A stretch of DNA of 64,000 bases from Clostridia bacterium (lineage in GTDB: Bacteria > Bacillota > Clostridia > TANB77 > CAG-508), in the NCBI GenBank assembly GCA_047017005.1, contig JBKXSZ010000004.1:8454-72453 (forward strand), given 5' to 3'. The first letter of the stretch is position 1. Every line of letters begins with the position of its first letter. Shown piece by piece: positions 8,891 through 17,246 of this stretch. A program made the position numbers and the translations under genes. A model generated the notes under the pieces. The model ran no database searches. It was not told the DNA's origin and was given only the letters and a program-made list of their open reading frames with translations.

Positions 8891-9784
8891 ATGTATCCAG
8901 AATATCCTTATATTGGCTATAAAAACCAAAATCTAAAGATTCCTTTAACCTTTCCTAAGCAACATCAAGATACAATGCCTGGAATAGAATGTGTAATGAA
9001 TCCTCTTCCTATTTTTGATAACCCTGACTCTCTTCCTAGTAACAAATTAAAAGATAAAGTTGCTATTATAACAGGTGGAGATAGCGGTATTGGTAGAGCC
9101 ATTTCTGTATTATTTGCAAAAGAAGGTGCTGATATTGCGATTGTTTATTTAAATGAGCGAGAAGATGCTATGACAACTAAATCTCTCGTTGAATCTTATG
9201 GCAGAAGATGTATTACAATCGAAGGAGATCTAAAAAACGAGCCATTTTCTTCCTTTATCGTTGATACCGTTCTAAACACATTAGGTAAAATTGATATATT
9301 AGTAAATAATGCTGGCATGCAAATCGTACAAAATAGTATTTTAGATATTCCCTCTTCTCAACTAAAAGAAACATTTGAAACCAATATCTTTTCTATGTTT
9401 TATTTAACGAAAGCTGTACTCCCACATTTAAAACCATATAGTAGTATTATTAATACTTCTTCGGTTACTGCTTTTAAAGGAAAACAAAACTTAATTGATT
9501 ATTCTTCTAGTAAAGGAGCTGTTGTTAGTTTTACAAGGTCACTTGCCCTTTCTTTAGCGGACCTAAAAATCCGTGTTAATAGTGTTGCCCCAGGTCCTAT
9601 TTGGACACCTCTTATACCTTCTACGTTCTCCGAAGAAGATGTTGAAACATTTGGCACAGATGTTCCTTTAAAAAGAGCTGGTCAACCCTTTGAAGTAGCT
9701 CCTGCCTATTTATATTTAGCTTCAGATGATTCTCGCTATGTTACAGGTCAGATTCTCCATATAAATGGTGGAACCATTCTATAG
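8891..9784 (+). CDS. SDR family oxidoreductase (YhdF/general-stress-protein-39-like)
   Basis: TGGDSGIGRA cofactor motif, NNAG, and YSSSKGA catalytic Tyr/Lys. Confidence 0.85.
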   Translation: MYPEYPYIGYKNQNLKIPLTFPKQHQDTMPGIECVMNPLPIFDNPDSLPSNKLKDKVAIITGGDSGIGRAISVLFAKEGADIAIVYLNEREDAMTTKSLVESYGRRCITIEGDLKNEPFSSFIVDTVLNTLGKIDILVNNAGMQIVQNSILDIPSSQLKETFETNIFSMFYLTKAVLPHLKPYSSIINTSSVTAFKGKQNLIDYSSSKGAVVSFTRSLALSLADLKIRVNSVAPGPIWTPLIPSTFSEEDVETFGTDVPLKRAGQPFEVAPAYLYLASDDSRYVTGQILHINGGTIL

Positions 9785-9885
9785 CTGTTTCATATATTAG
9801 AATTAACAATTTAATCTTATCTATTTTGATACAGCAAAGGAGATAAACCAAATATGGTCTATCTCCTTGTTACTTAAATTCCATG

Positions 9886-10176
9886 CTATTTAAAATGCAA
9901 AGTATCTGGAACGAAAACGTAAACGATATATTGTGTATCCTTTTCCTTCACCAATAAATATCCATCTCCATTTAGATAGCTAAAGCGATGGTCGTATTTA
10001 AAATACTGACAATACACTTCTTTTGTTTTTCTTAAATACATTTTTAAGAAGCAAAACTTGTCTAGAAAATCGTTTACCTCTTGCTGTGTCCTTACTTTGT
10101 AGTATTTCCCGTCGAGTTTACTGATAAGTGTTAAGGCATGGTAATTCTCAATAACTTTAAATGTTTCGTTTTTCAT
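9886..10176 (-). CDS. hypothetical protein (about 96 aa)
   Basis: ORF only. ATG 10176 is preceded by TAGGAGG, whereas track start 10206 has no RBS. Confidence 0.45.
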   Translation of the reverse strand: MKNETFKVIENYHALTLISKLDGKYYKVRTQQEVNDFLDKFCFLKMYLRKTKEVYCQYFKYDHRFSYLNGDGYLLVKEKDTQYIVYVFVPDTLHFK

Positions 10177-10299
10177 GTTATATAACCTCCTATTAGTTAG
10201 AAACATTTACTGCTATTACTACCCTTCGAACACTTCTTGTCGATTGCTAATATTATACTCTTTTGTTTAAGTTATGTCAACTTTTTATCTCTATAATTT

Positions 10300-10764
10300 T
10301 TATTCATATTCATCTATCTCGTAGTCTACTAACGTTTCTCCTTCATATTGAAATTTCATAGAGAAAAAAGGAGCATTTTTCTGCAGAATTTTTTCTACAA
10401 TATATTTATCTCCTTCCCATGCGGGTAAAGAAATTAGCTTCTCCTTTGGAATCCACTTTAAATCTCCTTCATCACAAGTAATTTCAGTTCCTTTAAAATT
10501 ATTAGAAGAAAAAACAAAAATATATTCGTCCTCATATTGATTTGATACATACGTAAGGATTCCTCGTAATTGATAGGAAAGTAAATCTAGTCCTGTTTCT
10601 TCTTTTACTTCTCTTCTAACACACTCTTCTGGGCTTTCTCCTTTTTCCATCTTTCCACCAACAGCAAGCCATTTTCCTTTATTGATATCTTGTTTTTTCT
10701 TGGTACGATGTAACATTAAATATTGATTTTCTTTTTCTATATAGCAAAGAGTTGATAATATCAT
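10300..10764 (-). CDS. NUDIX hydrolase (MutT-like)
   Basis: Nudix box GGKMEKGESPEECVRREVKEETGL. Confidence 0.8.
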   Translation of the reverse strand: MILSTLCYIEKENQYLMLHRTKKKQDINKGKWLAVGGKMEKGESPEECVRREVKEETGLDLLSYQLRGILTYVSNQYEDEYIFVFSSNNFKGTEITCDEGDLKWIPKEKLISLPAWEGDKYIVEKILQKNAPFFSMKFQYEGETLVDYEIDEYE

Positions 10765-10770
10765 AATTCC

Positions 10771-11460
10771 CTACTTTCTAAGACGCATTATTTCTATCAT
10801 TTCTTGTTGCGCTTTTTCTCTTTTTTCAAATTCTTGATTTTCCTCGGCTTCTATTACTTCCTCTCGAAGTTCATCTTCTACTACTTCTAGTAAAGCATTG
10901 AATACTTGTGTATTAATTAGTTTTTTACTAACTTCTTTTTGTATTATGCTTAAGGCTTCCACCCTTGAAAGTTCTGGTTTATATTCCCTTCTTAAGCGTA
11001 CTGTATCATAGATATCAGCCACTTTTATAATCTCGGCTTCTAGTGGAATACTTCCCTTTGTTAAACCATCTGGATAGCCATTTCCTCTCTCATTTTCATG
11101 GTGTGACCTTGCTCCATTTGCATAGGGAGTTAAGCTAGCTGTTGACATACATAGTTCATATCCTTTTAAAGTATGTTCACGCATTTTTCTTTTTTCAAAG
11201 AAATTTAGTTTATCCTTTTTTTCCAATAGTTCTAGTGGAATAAATAGTTTCCCAACATCATGTAAATAGGCACATTTAATACAAAATTTAATTCCTTCTT
11301 CATTTAAGTTTAATTTCTTTGCTATTTGTTTTGCTATTTTAGGAACACTATGCACATGCTCCTTCATTTCAGGTTCTATCATTTGTAATTTGTTTATTTG
11401 AAATTTTATGGTACTGGATAATTCTTCATATAGTGCATCTCTATCTCTGCTATTTTCCAT
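10771..11460 (-). CDS. stand-alone HD-GYP domain phosphodiesterase
   Basis: AYLHDVGKLFIP, HHENERGNGYPDGL and VADIYD motifs. No receiver or sensor domain. Confidence 0.85.
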   Translation of the reverse strand: MENSRDRDALYEELSSTIKFQINKLQMIEPEMKEHVHSVPKIAKQIAKKLNLNEEGIKFCIKCAYLHDVGKLFIPLELLEKKDKLNFFEKRKMREHTLKGYELCMSTASLTPYANGARSHHENERGNGYPDGLTKGSIPLEAEIIKVADIYDTVRLRREYKPELSRVEALSIIQKEVSKKLINTQVFNALLEVVEDELREEVIEAEENQEFEKREKAQQEMIEIMRLRK

Positions 11461-11479
11461 TTTTTCACCTCACCTATTT

Positions 11480-11791
11480 TTATTGTCTTTCTTCTTGTTC
11501 CTTTTGCATTGTTTCTAAATGAACTGTTTCTTTTTTCACTTCTTTCGTTTTGGAAAATTCAATATAGGTGTTTAATAAAGTGACATAGTCTTGTCTGGCA
11601 CCTTCTAGTCGGTATCTGTGTCCATCTTCTTGTGCTATCATCATTAATTTTGTCATATCAATATCTTGTGCTGTTTTACGAACTGGTTCTCCATCCAATT
11701 CCCCTAAAATGATACAACCTGGTAGTGGTAATGCTATTTTTTCTTCTCCCTCTACTAATACTTTTGCTTCCCAATTTTTGATTTCTTTCAT
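11480..11791 (-). CDS. hypothetical protein (103 aa)
   Basis: ORF packed between topB (12-nt gap) and the HD-GYP gene (19-nt gap). No motif recognised. Confidence 0.5.
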   Translation of the reverse strand: MKEIKNWEAKVLVEGEEKIALPLPGCIILGELDGEPVRKTAQDIDMTKLMMIAQEDGHRYRLEGARQDYVTLLNTYIEFSKTKEVKKETVHLETMQKEQEERQ

Positions 11792-11803
11792 ACCGTTTCC
11801 TCC

Positions 11804-13777
11804 TTACATTGGAATGACTAAACGATCTACTTTTGAATGAATATATTTTTTTAGTTTCTCCATAAACTCTTCTGGTTTAATTTCTTCTTTTGCTACCATG
11901 TCTAATCCTTTTTCCCAACTAGCTGTTAATTTAGGATTTAACATATCAGGCATGGAACTTGCTACCACATCGTAGATAATTTCACCTTTTTTCGTTGGTG
12001 TAATAATTTGTGTTTTAGGATTAATCTGAATATATTGTATTTTTTCTAGTTTTTTCATTATCTCTGCTCTTGTAGCACTTGTTCCAATTCCAGCTCCTTT
12101 TATTTGTTCTCTTAGTTCCTCTTCTTCTATTAATTTTCCGGCATTTTCCATTGCAAGGATAATGGAACCAGAGTTATATCGATTGGGTGGTGAGGTTTCT
12201 GCATCTTTTGTTTCATAATTAATAATTTGTATTTCTTTTCCTTTTTTCAAGGTCGTTAGTACTTCTAAGTTTGAGGTATTATCTTCTTCTTTTTTGCCAT
12301 TGTCGGTATTTTCCTCGTTTTTCTCTTGTTCTTCTTTTTTATTTTCTTGTTTTTCTTTACTTTTCGGTTTTAAAACATCTAAAAATCCTGTTTTGGTACA
12401 TACTTTTCCACTTGTTGTAAACATTTCTCCATCTACTTCTATGGTTACATTTATTTTACTATATTCTGCTGGTGGATAAAAGATAGCTAAGAAACGTTTT
12501 ACAATTAATTTGTATACTTGTTTTTGTAAGTCTGGTAGTTTATCATAATTTTCATACCCTTGTCCTGTTGGTGTAATAGCATAATGGTCTGTTATTTTAC
12601 TATCGTTAACATATTTGGTCTTGATTAAATCGGTGGAGTATTTCTCTTCTACCATCTTTTTTATAATAGCCTGTACTTCTTCATCTCGAAATCCTTTCGC
12701 AATTCCATTTAAGTTCTTAGAGATTACTTTTGCAACTGCGGTAGAAAGTACTCTAGCATCTGTTCTTGGATAGGTTACTAGTTTTTTTTCATATAGATTT
12801 TGAATAATATCTAAGGTTTCATCTGGCTTTATTTTGAAACGTTTGGTACATTCATTTTGTATTTCTGCTAGGTTAAATAGCAAAGGTGCATTTTCCTTTT
12901 GTTTGGATTTTTTTACTTCTGTTACAATTCCTTGCTTTCCTGCTAAGGAAAGAATGAATTGTTTTGCATCTTCTAGTTTCTTAAATCCAGCATCATTATA
13001 TAGTTTTGGCGATTCAAAATATTTTGACTTCTCTTGTACCTTCCATTCTGCTTTAAAACTAGCATTTTCTTCTCCAAATTCCCCCACTATTTTATAGTAT
13101 TTGGTTTTTACAAAGTTACGTATCTCTCTTTCTCTTGAAACAATCATCCCCAAAACACAAGTCATAACACGTCCTACTGAAATAGAGGCTTTTTCTTCAT
13201 CAATTGCTTTGGCTACTCTTCTTCCATAGATAATCGAAAGTAGCCTAGAAAAGTTAATTCCAATTAAATAATCCTCTTTAGCTCGAAGATAAGCGGAGTC
13301 GGATAAACTATCATATTCGGATAAGTCTTTTGCTTCTTTTATTCCTCTCTTTATTTCTTCTTCCGTCTGGGAATCAATCCATACACGTCTTTTTTCTTTT
13401 CCTTTGACTCCTATCATTTGGTCTACTAAACGATAAATATATTCTCCTTCTCTTCCTGAGTCAGTGCTAACATAAATTGTTGTTACATCTTCTCTTGTTA
13501 AGAGGGACTGGATTATTTGAAATTGTTTTTCTACATTGGGAATTACTTCATACTTCCATTCTTCTGGTATGAAAGGAAGGGTATCTAATCTCCAAAATTT
13601 TAATTTCTCATCATATTTTTCAGGATAGGACATGGTTACTAAATGACCCACGCACCAAGTAATAACCCATTCTTCTGATTCTAAATATCCGTTTTTTCGG
13701 TTTGTATTAATTTTTAATGCCTTTGCAAATTCCATTGCTACAGATGGCTTTTCTGTGATTAATAGCTTTTTGCTCAT
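11804..13777 (-). CDS. topB: DNA topoisomerase III
   Basis: 657 aa with an N-terminal Toprim (LLITEKPSVA...WCVGHL) and a type IA core (YPRTD active-site Tyr region). Confidence 0.9.
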   Translation of the reverse strand: MSKKLLITEKPSVAMEFAKALKINTNRKNGYLESEEWVITWCVGHLVTMSYPEKYDEKLKFWRLDTLPFIPEEWKYEVIPNVEKQFQIIQSLLTREDVTTIYVSTDSGREGEYIYRLVDQMIGVKGKEKRRVWIDSQTEEEIKRGIKEAKDLSEYDSLSDSAYLRAKEDYLIGINFSRLLSIIYGRRVAKAIDEEKASISVGRVMTCVLGMIVSREREIRNFVKTKYYKIVGEFGEENASFKAEWKVQEKSKYFESPKLYNDAGFKKLEDAKQFILSLAGKQGIVTEVKKSKQKENAPLLFNLAEIQNECTKRFKIKPDETLDIIQNLYEKKLVTYPRTDARVLSTAVAKVISKNLNGIAKGFRDEEVQAIIKKMVEEKYSTDLIKTKYVNDSKITDHYAITPTGQGYENYDKLPDLQKQVYKLIVKRFLAIFYPPAEYSKINVTIEVDGEMFTTSGKVCTKTGFLDVLKPKSKEKQENKKEEQEKNEENTDNGKKEEDNTSNLEVLTTLKKGKEIQIINYETKDAETSPPNRYNSGSIILAMENAGKLIEEEELREQIKGAGIGTSATRAEIMKKLEKIQYIQINPKTQIITPTKKGEIIYDVVASSMPDMLNPKLTASWEKGLDMVAKEEIKPEEFMEKLKKYIHSKVDRLVIPM

Positions 13778-13788
13778 GTTAACTTCCT

Positions 13789-14547
13789 TTATTTAGTTTT
13801 TTGGTTTATATATTTGTTTATAACTTTTTCAATTTCGTTTATTTTTCCTTCATTTGGTGAACCTTTGAATTGAAAACGACTTAAAATTTGAGAAATATAT
13901 TCTTTTTCTTTTAAAATCATATATGTTTCTTTAAAATTAAAATCATATACAAAGGATAGCATTCCAATCATATAGTCTAGCTGTCCCTTTTTTATTTCAT
14001 TTGGTATCAATTTATTTACTTTAAATATCTGAAATACAGCTGGTGATACTTCCTCCTTTTCTATTTCTCTCTCTTTCCCTTTCCAAAAAATCTGTGTTGC
14101 TTCATATAGAATGTCTAATTTATCAGCATCTTTTATTAAATTACAATATATCTTTTGCTCTTTTGTTAAACCTTCTTCTAGTTCATATTGGTTATGATTA
14201 CGTATTGCTTTTTTGATGATATTCTGGTATTTTTCCTCTACATAGCAATCTATATATTGGTCTTTCTCTAGGATTTGCACGCCTAATTTTCCGTGGTCTA
14301 TACTTTTATGGTCTTCAAAAGTATGATATATCGTAAATTGTTTAAATCTTCCAATATCATGTAATAGCCCTATTAACTTAGCTAATTTTATTTGCTCTTC
14401 TTCTAACCCTATTAGCTCTGCTAATTTACCACTAACTTCCTCTACTCGATAACTATGTAATATCTTTCGATGTATATTTTCTTCTTCTGTATCAAATTGA
14501 TTTAGGTATTTTTCGAATTCTATTTGTGCCTTTTGTAAGTTTATCAT
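13789..14547 (-). CDS. HD-domain phosphohydrolase
   Basis: LIGLLHDIGRF, HGKLG and KDADKLD motifs. Paralog of the upstream gene. Confidence 0.75.
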   Translation of the reverse strand: MINLQKAQIEFEKYLNQFDTEEENIHRKILHSYRVEEVSGKLAELIGLEEEQIKLAKLIGLLHDIGRFKQFTIYHTFEDHKSIDHGKLGVQILEKDQYIDCYVEEKYQNIIKKAIRNHNQYELEEGLTKEQKIYCNLIKDADKLDILYEATQIFWKGKEREIEKEEVSPAVFQIFKVNKLIPNEIKKGQLDYMIGMLSFVYDFNFKETYMILKEKEYISQILSRFQFKGSPNEGKINEIEKVINKYINQKTK

Positions 14548-14551
14548 CTTT

Positions 14552-15331
14552 TTATTTTGTCTTCCCTTCTTTAATTCCCTCTATATATTGTTTTGCTATA
14601 TCTCCTGCTTCTAGTATCTTTTTTCTTGTATACTCATCTTGAAAATCAAATCTAGCAAGATATGTGTCAATATATCCTTTTTCTTTTATCTTTTGTAATC
14701 CATAAGGATAATTAAAATCATATAGATAAGCTAAATGACTAATGACATCATCTGCTTCTGTTTCTTTTTTGTGATATTGTATTTCTTTGTCTTCGATAAA
14801 TTCGCGATAAATTTCTGGTGTCAGAATAGAATCATTAATACTATCCTTTCCCCAGATATCCCTTATTTTATTCGATGTTAATACATACATAATATCTGTT
14901 TTATCTGCATCTCGTATTATCTTAGCATGTAACTTTTCTCTTTCTGTTAGCCCATCTTCAATTTGGTTTCGATTATGGTTTAAAATCGCTACTCTGATAA
15001 TATTATCAAAAATATCTTCTTCCACAAACTCTCGAATGAAATCGTTAGAAAATAGAATCTCTACTCCCAATTCTCCATGATTGATGCTCTTACTATCTGA
15101 AAAAGTATCATATCTTTTTATTTGTTCAAATCTTCCGATATCATGTAGTAATCCAATTAAAGTTGCAAGTTTTATATCCTCTTGCTTCAATTTTAGGTCC
15201 TCAGCTATTTGTCTGCTCATTTCTGCTGTTCGCATAATATGCTCTATTTTTAGAGTAGTTCTTCCATTTGTTTCATCATAATTTTTGATATATCTTTTAA
15301 ATGCTTTTTTGGCTTTTATCATATCTATCAT
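14552..15331 (-). CDS. HD-domain phosphohydrolase (tandem paralog)
   Basis: LIGLLHDIGRF, HGELG and RDADKTD motifs. 4-nt gap to the next gene. Confidence 0.75.
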   Translation of the reverse strand: MIDMIKAKKAFKRYIKNYDETNGRTTLKIEHIMRTAEMSRQIAEDLKLKQEDIKLATLIGLLHDIGRFEQIKRYDTFSDSKSINHGELGVEILFSNDFIREFVEEDIFDNIIRVAILNHNRNQIEDGLTEREKLHAKIIRDADKTDIMYVLTSNKIRDIWGKDSINDSILTPEIYREFIEDKEIQYHKKETEADDVISHLAYLYDFNYPYGLQKIKEKGYIDTYLARFDFQDEYTRKKILEAGDIAKQYIEGIKEGKTK

Positions 15332-15419
15332 TATGGATCACTTTCTTTCCTTTTAATCAGTTTGATTATATCCTAACCAATTCCATATTTCAAGTATTAT
15401 TGCACCTCCTCTGCTCTTT

Positions 15420-15448
15420 TTGACATTATGTTAATTTTCTGGTATACT
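15420..15448 (+). promoter_or_regulatory. strong sigma-A-type promoter for ORF 15553
   Basis: TTGACA (15420-15425), a 17-nt spacer, then TGgTATACT (15443-15448). Confidence 0.55.
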
Positions 15449-15552
15449 AATTAAAGAATTATCCAATAGGATGATTGTTTTAACTGTTTTAAAGTGGTTT
15501 TTCTACTTTAATTTGCTTTTGATTCTATTTTGACAGGAGGAGGTTTTTTACT

Positions 15553-15906
15553 ATGGAAATCAAAGTTCAAAATGCAGTTATCACTAAGGCAGACGTATTG
15601 CCTTCAAAAACAGACGAACATGAAAAAATATTTTATCTGGAGGTTCAACTTGAGGACAAAACAGGTGCTTCTTTCAGTGGAATGTATTCCTGTATCTTGG
15701 ATTACATCTCTTTACTGACAAAGCTGTTTGACAAATCTTCTCGTTTTGCTTTGGTAGGACAAGAAGTTAAGGCTATTTTGTCTACCGATGGAAAATCAAT
15801 TGTCGGCCTTTCCAAAACAGATTCTGAAGATTGGCTGTACATGCCAGCTTCTAGCCGCCCTGTTATCAATCCAGAAGAAAAATCTTTTACAGAATTCTTC
15901 AAATAG
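15553..15906 (+). CDS. hypothetical protein (117 aa)
   Basis: ORF with a GGAGGAGG RBS and its own consensus promoter. No motif recognised. Confidence 0.5.
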   Translation: MEIKVQNAVITKADVLPSKTDEHEKIFYLEVQLEDKTGASFSGMYSCILDYISLLTKLFDKSSRFALVGQEVKAILSTDGKSIVGLSKTDSEDWLYMPASSRPVINPEEKSFTEFFK

Positions 15907-15929
15907 GAGAAAGTTTGTCTAAAGCCAAT

Positions 15930-15960
15930 AAAGCCATCAAGTTGCTTACTTGATGGCTTT
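15930..15960. terminator. bidirectional terminator hairpin between convergent genes
   Basis: 13-bp stem: AAAGCCATCAAGT (15930-15942) pairs with ACTTGATGGCTTT (15948-15960). Confidence 0.65.
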
Positions 15961-15967
15961 ATTCTAT

Positions 15968-16540
15968 TTATTGTATTCTTCTCCACATATAGCAGGTGAT
16001 ATATGGTTGTAAATTATTATGTGATTGAGAACCTCCTATATCGCTCATTGTCTTATTGGTTATCTCTCCTGTGTAAGTACCAAATTTTTTATATCCTTTC
16101 ACAACAGCTTCATTTGTATTACTACTACATTCTGTGGTTGTACTATACGTGCTAATACTATAGTTATGACGATGAGAGGGCATTTCTTCTATTGTTAAGG
16201 TATGTGAACTTTCTCCACCTGTTTCATTTTCTTTAAATTCTTTATCCGATGTTCCTACTCCTACAAGAGTTCTTCCCTGTCCATAATTTTCCCATTCACC
16301 ACCAAAAAGAGAACTCGGATTAATGCCATTGGTACTCATATAGATGCTACCTATTGGATATATATCTAATAGTGTTATGTTTTTCCCTGTTTTATTTGCT
16401 ACTTCTTCATACGTTTGAGCTATCTCGTTTTCCTCCACTTGGTACTTTTCTTGTATTTGTTTTGTTGCTGCAATTTGACTTTGTTCTTTACTTGTAATGG
16501 ATATATATAGATTAATACCAAGGATAACAAAAAACAGCAT
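15968..16540 (-). CDS. membrane-anchored protein with a phage tail-fibre/baseplate-tip-like domain; the start is uncertain and the frame stays open upstream
   Basis: PIGSIYMS..NPSSLFGGEWENYGQGRTLVG, GGESSHTLTIEEMPSHRHN and GGSQSHNNLQPY are motifs I associate with phage tail-fibre or baseplate proteins. ATG 16540 has no RBS. Confidence 0.6.
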   Translation of the reverse strand: MLFFVILGINLYISITSKEQSQIAATKQIQEKYQVEENEIAQTYEEVANKTGKNITLLDIYPIGSIYMSTNGINPSSLFGGEWENYGQGRTLVGVGTSDKEFKENETGGESSHTLTIEEMPSHRHNYSISTYSTTTECSSNTNEAVVKGYKKFGTYTGEITNKTMSDIGGSQSHNNLQPYITCYMWRRIQ

Positions 16541-17246
16541 AGTAATTAGTACAAATAGAGTAATAGAACCCTTTTCTTTATTCGTTAAATGATAGCTCTC
16601 TCTCTCTCTACAGTATCTAGGTTTTATTCCTTTCGCACATATTTTCTTTCTTTTTCACTTCTTTATTCCTCCCTTTCTTATTTTACTCTTTTTTCTTCTT
16701 TAATTTTATCGAACTCTATTTTCGTTAATGGTATTTTGATAGACTAACTCATGCCACAGAGATTATCCAATACAATGTGAATTGCTAAAGACACAAAAGA
16801 AAGGATAATATCTATATTTGAAGAAATTGTAACAAATGATGAAGTAAAATTCAATGATTTAGAGAAAAAATATTTAAATTTGTATGTACGTTTTGGTTGT
16901 TTAATTTTAAGAAGCTTATGATAAAAAAATAATGAATACAGAGATACAAAGAAATATAGACACAAAGGATTAAGAGAAAATGCGGTAAAAACATTCATGA
17001 GAGAAAATGAAAGAATTTAGTGAAATGAGATATAGCTTTTAATCTATGTTTATTAAGTGAACAAAAATAAAATGAAGTGTTGAAGCTATTGATATTGAAG
17101 GATTAGAAAAATAGATAAAAAAATATTTCCTACATTTACCTAACACATGCCCTGCCGTAATATTTTTGACTTTTCTCTTTTCATCTATGTTTTTTTGTAG
17201 TATAATAGGGAAGATTAAAACGAGAAAAAGAAAGGATGATAAATGC

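Noticed and set aside
8678-8929. 83-aa minus-strand ORF spanning the patatin/SDR divergent promoter region
   Set aside because: It overlaps the patatin N-terminus out of frame and the SDR start. It has no RBS and a basic low-complexity sequence, so it is probably spurious.
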